From the NCBI RefSeq assembly GCF_963853765.1, contig NC_088856.1, forward strand, positions 16,988,001 through 17,052,000: DNA of 64,000 bases, given 5' to 3'. Positions within the stretch are counted from its first letter, which is position 1. Each line of letters begins with the position of its first letter. The stretch is from Magallana gigas (taxonomy: Eukaryota). Positions 60,795 through 64,000 of the stretch are shown here, one piece after another. Below the pieces are notes generated by a model. The model saw only the letters and a program-made list of their open reading frames with translations, had not been told where the DNA came from and searched no databases. The position numbers were made by a program, and so were the translations under genes.

Positions 60795-62987
60795 TCAAAC
60801 TCTGAAATCAAAAACAAATGCAAGCATTCTAAACTTTAAATCTTCTTTACCAAAAATACCAGATCCGAGTTTACCACGTGTGTAAAACTCCTTTGCTACT
60901 GGAAGATCCTTCCAATCTACAATATGTGACCTGTAAACTTCAGAAATTAAAATTGGCCAAAAGGCTGATGATTCCCATAGCGGAGCTACTAATGTTCCAT
61001 ATCCTTTGCATTCGTTCAAATTCTCCAAAACTCTTGGAATAAGATAAAATGGCGGTACGATCCATGCATTCAAACCTGTCCAATTAATAGTAAATGCATC
61101 AACTGCATACGTAAAAGGATTCCAATACCTGGAACAAAATTTATCTACCTTTGCATTGTAATCACAAGCAAATAAATCAATATCATACGGACCCCATTCC
61201 CGTGATAGGTCTTCAAAAACAGTTTTCACGATACCCCAATCATCAAAGTCGACAATTCTGCTCAAATAATCTGCTTGCTCATTGAGTTCTCTTGGTATCC
61301 ATTCAATTTCAATACCAATCTTATATTCTAAACAAATTTGAAAAATGTTCATTGCAAGATCTTGTAAGTTATTTTTCATACTCCCTTTTTGAACAATGGA
61401 AACAACATTTGCGTTGTCTGTAAACCATTTTATATTCTCACCTTTGAGAAATTGTACAAATGACCGAAGAACTCTATCCACCGCGGCCAATTCTCTCCAT
61501 GTGGAACTCATAATTCTCTCAGATTCTTCCCATAAACCATGAGAAACATTTTTACCTGTCCGTACGCAATAACCGCCATAACCAGTATCACTTGCATCTG
61601 TGTACACTACCAGATTAGAACTTGGTTTAACTTTCATATCCCTTCTATTCAACATATCTAAAGACGATTTCCAGAAACTTATCTGTTTTTTACTTTCCTC
61701 AGAAATTAAAATCATGCTATTCCATGTTGGAGCAGACACAATGTCAATACTAAGACATTTGGTCATTAACTGGGCTACACTTCCGATAACAACAGACATA
61801 GATATGATTTGTCCAACTAAACTTGCTAGTCGTCTTACCTTTATTCTGCAATTCTGGTTCATAAAATGCTCAATTTTGAAAATTGTTTTTTGAATCTTAA
61901 ATACACGCTTTTCAGGAATGTAAATTTTCCCCATATTACAATCCAAAACAACACCAAGATACTCGATAACTTGACAAGGGATCCACATGGACTTTTCCAC
62001 TTTAGGCACAAAACCTGAACAAACTAAATCATACTGTACCTCTTTGGATATTTTGCATGCTTCGTCATACTTACTATGGCAGCCAAACCCATCATCTAAA
62101 TACATAAGTACAGTTTTACCTTCTCTACGCCATTTCTTAACTAAGGATCGTGTGAGTTTAGTAAAAATATATGGCGCAGATGTGAGACCAAATGGCAAAA
62201 CATTAAAACAGAAATATCGATCTTGAACACCAAATTTCCATGAAAATCCTAAATATTTTCTATGGTCAGGAAAAATATCTACATGGTGATATGCACTTGT
62301 GATGTCAAATTTAAAACACCAACTATTTTTATTTGTATACATAAGAGCGGTTCTTATATCGTCATATTTCACAGACTGTTTCCATACATGCTTATTAACT
62401 TCCCTTAAATCTAATATAAGCCTTCTTTTCCCACTGGAGTTCACTGAAACAGAAAGAGGATTAGTAACCAAAAACTCTGTATTTTGTTCGGATATCAAAC
62501 CGTTTTCTAATAGCTCCATTATTGCTCCCTGTACGAAAACATCTTCCTGTAAAGCAGATTTATTATTATGCGAAAAGCTCTGCTGTGGTAAAGAATAAAA
62601 AGGTATTTTATAACCATCCTGAATAGTATCTATGATATAATGACAAGCATCAATGCATTTCCAAAATTCAATATTTGATTTTAATCGCCCTCTAACAGAG
62701 ACTTTGCCACCTTCTTTATACTCATAGCATTCGTTAAACTCATCAACACAACTTTTTCCATCATAATACTTATCTTTTATCAAAGATGATTCTTTAGACT
62801 GTTTAGCCTCTCTATTTAGCGGACTTAAGCTCCGGGCATTCTTTTCTTTGGTGATTGGGTTTTCCGCAGTGGAAACAGCCAATGGGAAATCTGGATGCAG
62901 CTGGCATGATGGGGAAGCCAAAGGGCGTTGGGCCACGAAAAGGCTGTCTAGCTGGAAAAGGAAAATAAGGAGCACTGCTCCTAACAT
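60795..62987 (-). CDS. Retroelement pol: reverse transcriptase, RNase H and DIRS-type methyltransferase-like domain
   Basis: RLILDLR, LPFGL, YLDD; RNase H YTDAS..ELAAV..FTDN; then DLFA..K..FCSRYW..DAF..W..W.VPPF.LI.RVL. Confidence 0.95.
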   Translation of the reverse strand: MLGAVLLIFLFQLDSLFVAQRPLASPSCQLHPDFPLAVSTAENPITKEKNARSLSPLNREAKQSKESSLIKDKYYDGKSCVDEFNECYEYKEGGKVSVRGRLKSNIEFWKCIDACHYIIDTIQDGYKIPFYSLPQQSFSHNNKSALQEDVFVQGAIMELLENGLISEQNTEFLVTNPLSVSVNSSGKRRLILDLREVNKHVWKQSVKYDDIRTALMYTNKNSWCFKFDITSAYHHVDIFPDHRKYLGFSWKFGVQDRYFCFNVLPFGLTSAPYIFTKLTRSLVKKWRREGKTVLMYLDDGFGCHSKYDEACKISKEVQYDLVCSGFVPKVEKSMWIPCQVIEYLGVVLDCNMGKIYIPEKRVFKIQKTIFKIEHFMNQNCRIKVRRLASLVGQIISMSVVIGSVAQLMTKCLSIDIVSAPTWNSMILISEESKKQISFWKSSLDMLNRRDMKVKPSSNLVVYTDASDTGYGGYCVRTGKNVSHGLWEESERIMSSTWRELAAVDRVLRSFVQFLKGENIKWFTDNANVVSIVQKGSMKNNLQDLAMNIFQICLEYKIGIEIEWIPRELNEQADYLSRIVDFDDWGIVKTVFEDLSREWGPYDIDLFACDYNAKVDKFCSRYWNPFTYAVDAFTINWTGLNAWIVPPFYLIPRVLENLNECKGYGTLVAPLWESSAFWPILISEVYRSHIVDWKDLPVAKEFYTRGKLGSGIFGKEDLKFRMLAFVFDFRV

Positions 62988-63519
62988 TAGAATAGCTACT
63001 CTTAGATTTCAGTTTTTCTTTTTGCTTCTCCTTTTCTTTCTTTTCTTTCATGGCTTTATTTTCCGCTTTAAACATTCGTTTTTCGTCATCCGAATCATCA
63101 GCCAATGGATTGGTTACATAATTTTTCACTGTACTCCACCCACAAGGTGATGCATCAGCCATTTTGATAAGTTTGTTACGTTTATTACAAAGTTCAACTG
63201 ATTCATGAATAAGTTCCTTGCAATAATCATATTTATTGTTATTCAAGGCCCATGAAGCCTGCGTCAACGTATCAATAATCTTCTCGTTATGTTCAAATTG
63301 ATCTTTGTTACCTGGATGTTTCCAGACTATCGCTTGTTCTGACTTTAACTTCTTCACTTCAGACGATACGGAGGAAGTTGCCCCCTGTAATTCTCTTTTA
63401 AAATTATCAAGTTGCATTGCCATAGTATTCTCCATGTCCATTTTCTGTTCATTCATTTTGTTGAGAATGGCTTGTAGCATGTCTGCCTGAGCCCCGCCCG
63501 ACATCTCCTCGTTCTGCAT
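62812..63519 (-). CDS. Retroelement gag-like protein with a CCHC zinc knuckle
   Basis: RNKLIKMAD.S..GWSTV..Y..NPLADDSDDEKR motif and CFHCGKPNHQRKEC; ATG lies 4 bp after repeat A1. Confidence 0.9.
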   Translation of the reverse strand: MQNEEMSGGAQADMLQAILNKMNEQKMDMENTMAMQLDNFKRELQGATSSVSSEVKKLKSEQAIVWKHPGNKDQFEHNEKIIDTLTQASWALNNNKYDYCKELIHESVELCNKRNKLIKMADASPCGWSTVKNYVTNPLADDSDDEKRMFKAENKAMKEKKEKEKQKEKLKSKSSYSNVRSSAPYFPFPARQPFRGPTPFGFPIMPAASRFPIGCFHCGKPNHQRKECPELKSAK

Positions 63520-63554
63520 GCCGAATTTAAACTTTCCGCTGTACGTGTCGTCCT

Positions 63555-63590
63555 AAACTGGTATTTAACACCTGAGTAATTCTTTATATA
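63555..63590 (-). promoter_or_regulatory. Putative retroelement promoter in repeat A1 (TATA plus Inr-like)
   Basis: Minus-strand TATATAAAG at 63590-63582 and CCAGTTT with the A at 63559, 31 nt downstream and 40 nt before the gag ATG. Confidence 0.5.
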
Positions 63591-64000
63591 GCCTTGCTAA
63601 TAAACCGGTTCTTAAGAACCAGGTGACACAAACAGGTATTCGAATGAAAACCTTATATATCCGGATAATTAATTCATTATTATACCAAGTAGAAATTGAT
63701 TTCTGTCTAATTCGTCCCTCAAACGAAAGAAATCATATAATATGTAGAAATGGAAGTTAAACAAATATACAGTGATTTGAACATATTTTATTGTATACAT
63801 ATATATAAAATACATATACAAATGGTTTGGACACAAGTTCTGACAACTTACTAGGTCTTTACCATTAAATAGAAAAATTATACAAAACTTACAACTGCAT
63901 GATATAGAATTATTATTACGATAAATGAAAATAAGTGATATATACGAAAATAAGAAACATGCACATAAACTATATTAAACAAATCTACCAGTTTCGTTGA

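Larger units (their letters stand above)
58786..63738 (-). mobile_element. Complete tyrosine-recombinase retrotransposon (DIRS order, PAT/Ngaro-type split direct repeats), 4953 bp
   Basis: In element orientation: A1 (63738-63524), gag, pol, YR, B1 (59301-59196), A2 (59196-58982), ~90-bp spacer, B2 (58891-58786). A copies (215 bp) and B copies (106 bp) look identical by eye. No TSD. Confidence 0.95.

Overview
AT-rich, intron-containing animal genomic DNA, most likely a Crassostrea/Magallana oyster (inferred from a Cg170-like ~166-bp satellite carried in a Helentron-type element). Seven host genes can be rebuilt by hand from splice sites and reading phase: NDUFB11 (+); an intronless sarcoplasmic-calcium-binding-protein-like gene with degenerate EF-hands (+); a 10-exon Notch-ligand-like type I membrane protein with a C2/MNNL domain, three tandem DSL-like repeats and 15 EGF repeats (-); AMDHD1/imidazolonepropionase (+); CFAP100 (-); RPP30 (+, with a U12-type intron and a duplicated splice acceptor); and a secreted S1 serine protease whose N-terminus is a beta-defensin/big-defensin-like 6-Cys module (+). 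The window ends with a complete, apparently intact 4.95-kb tyrosine-recombinase retrotransposon (PAT/Ngaro-type split direct repeats, gag, RT-RH-MT, YR). Introns and intergenic DNA hold many MITEs, foldback elements and minisatellites. The best novelty candidates are the defensin-protease fusion, the triple-DSL ligand, the intact YR retroelement and the pseudo-EF-hand SCP. All calls come from manual reading; no database searches were run.
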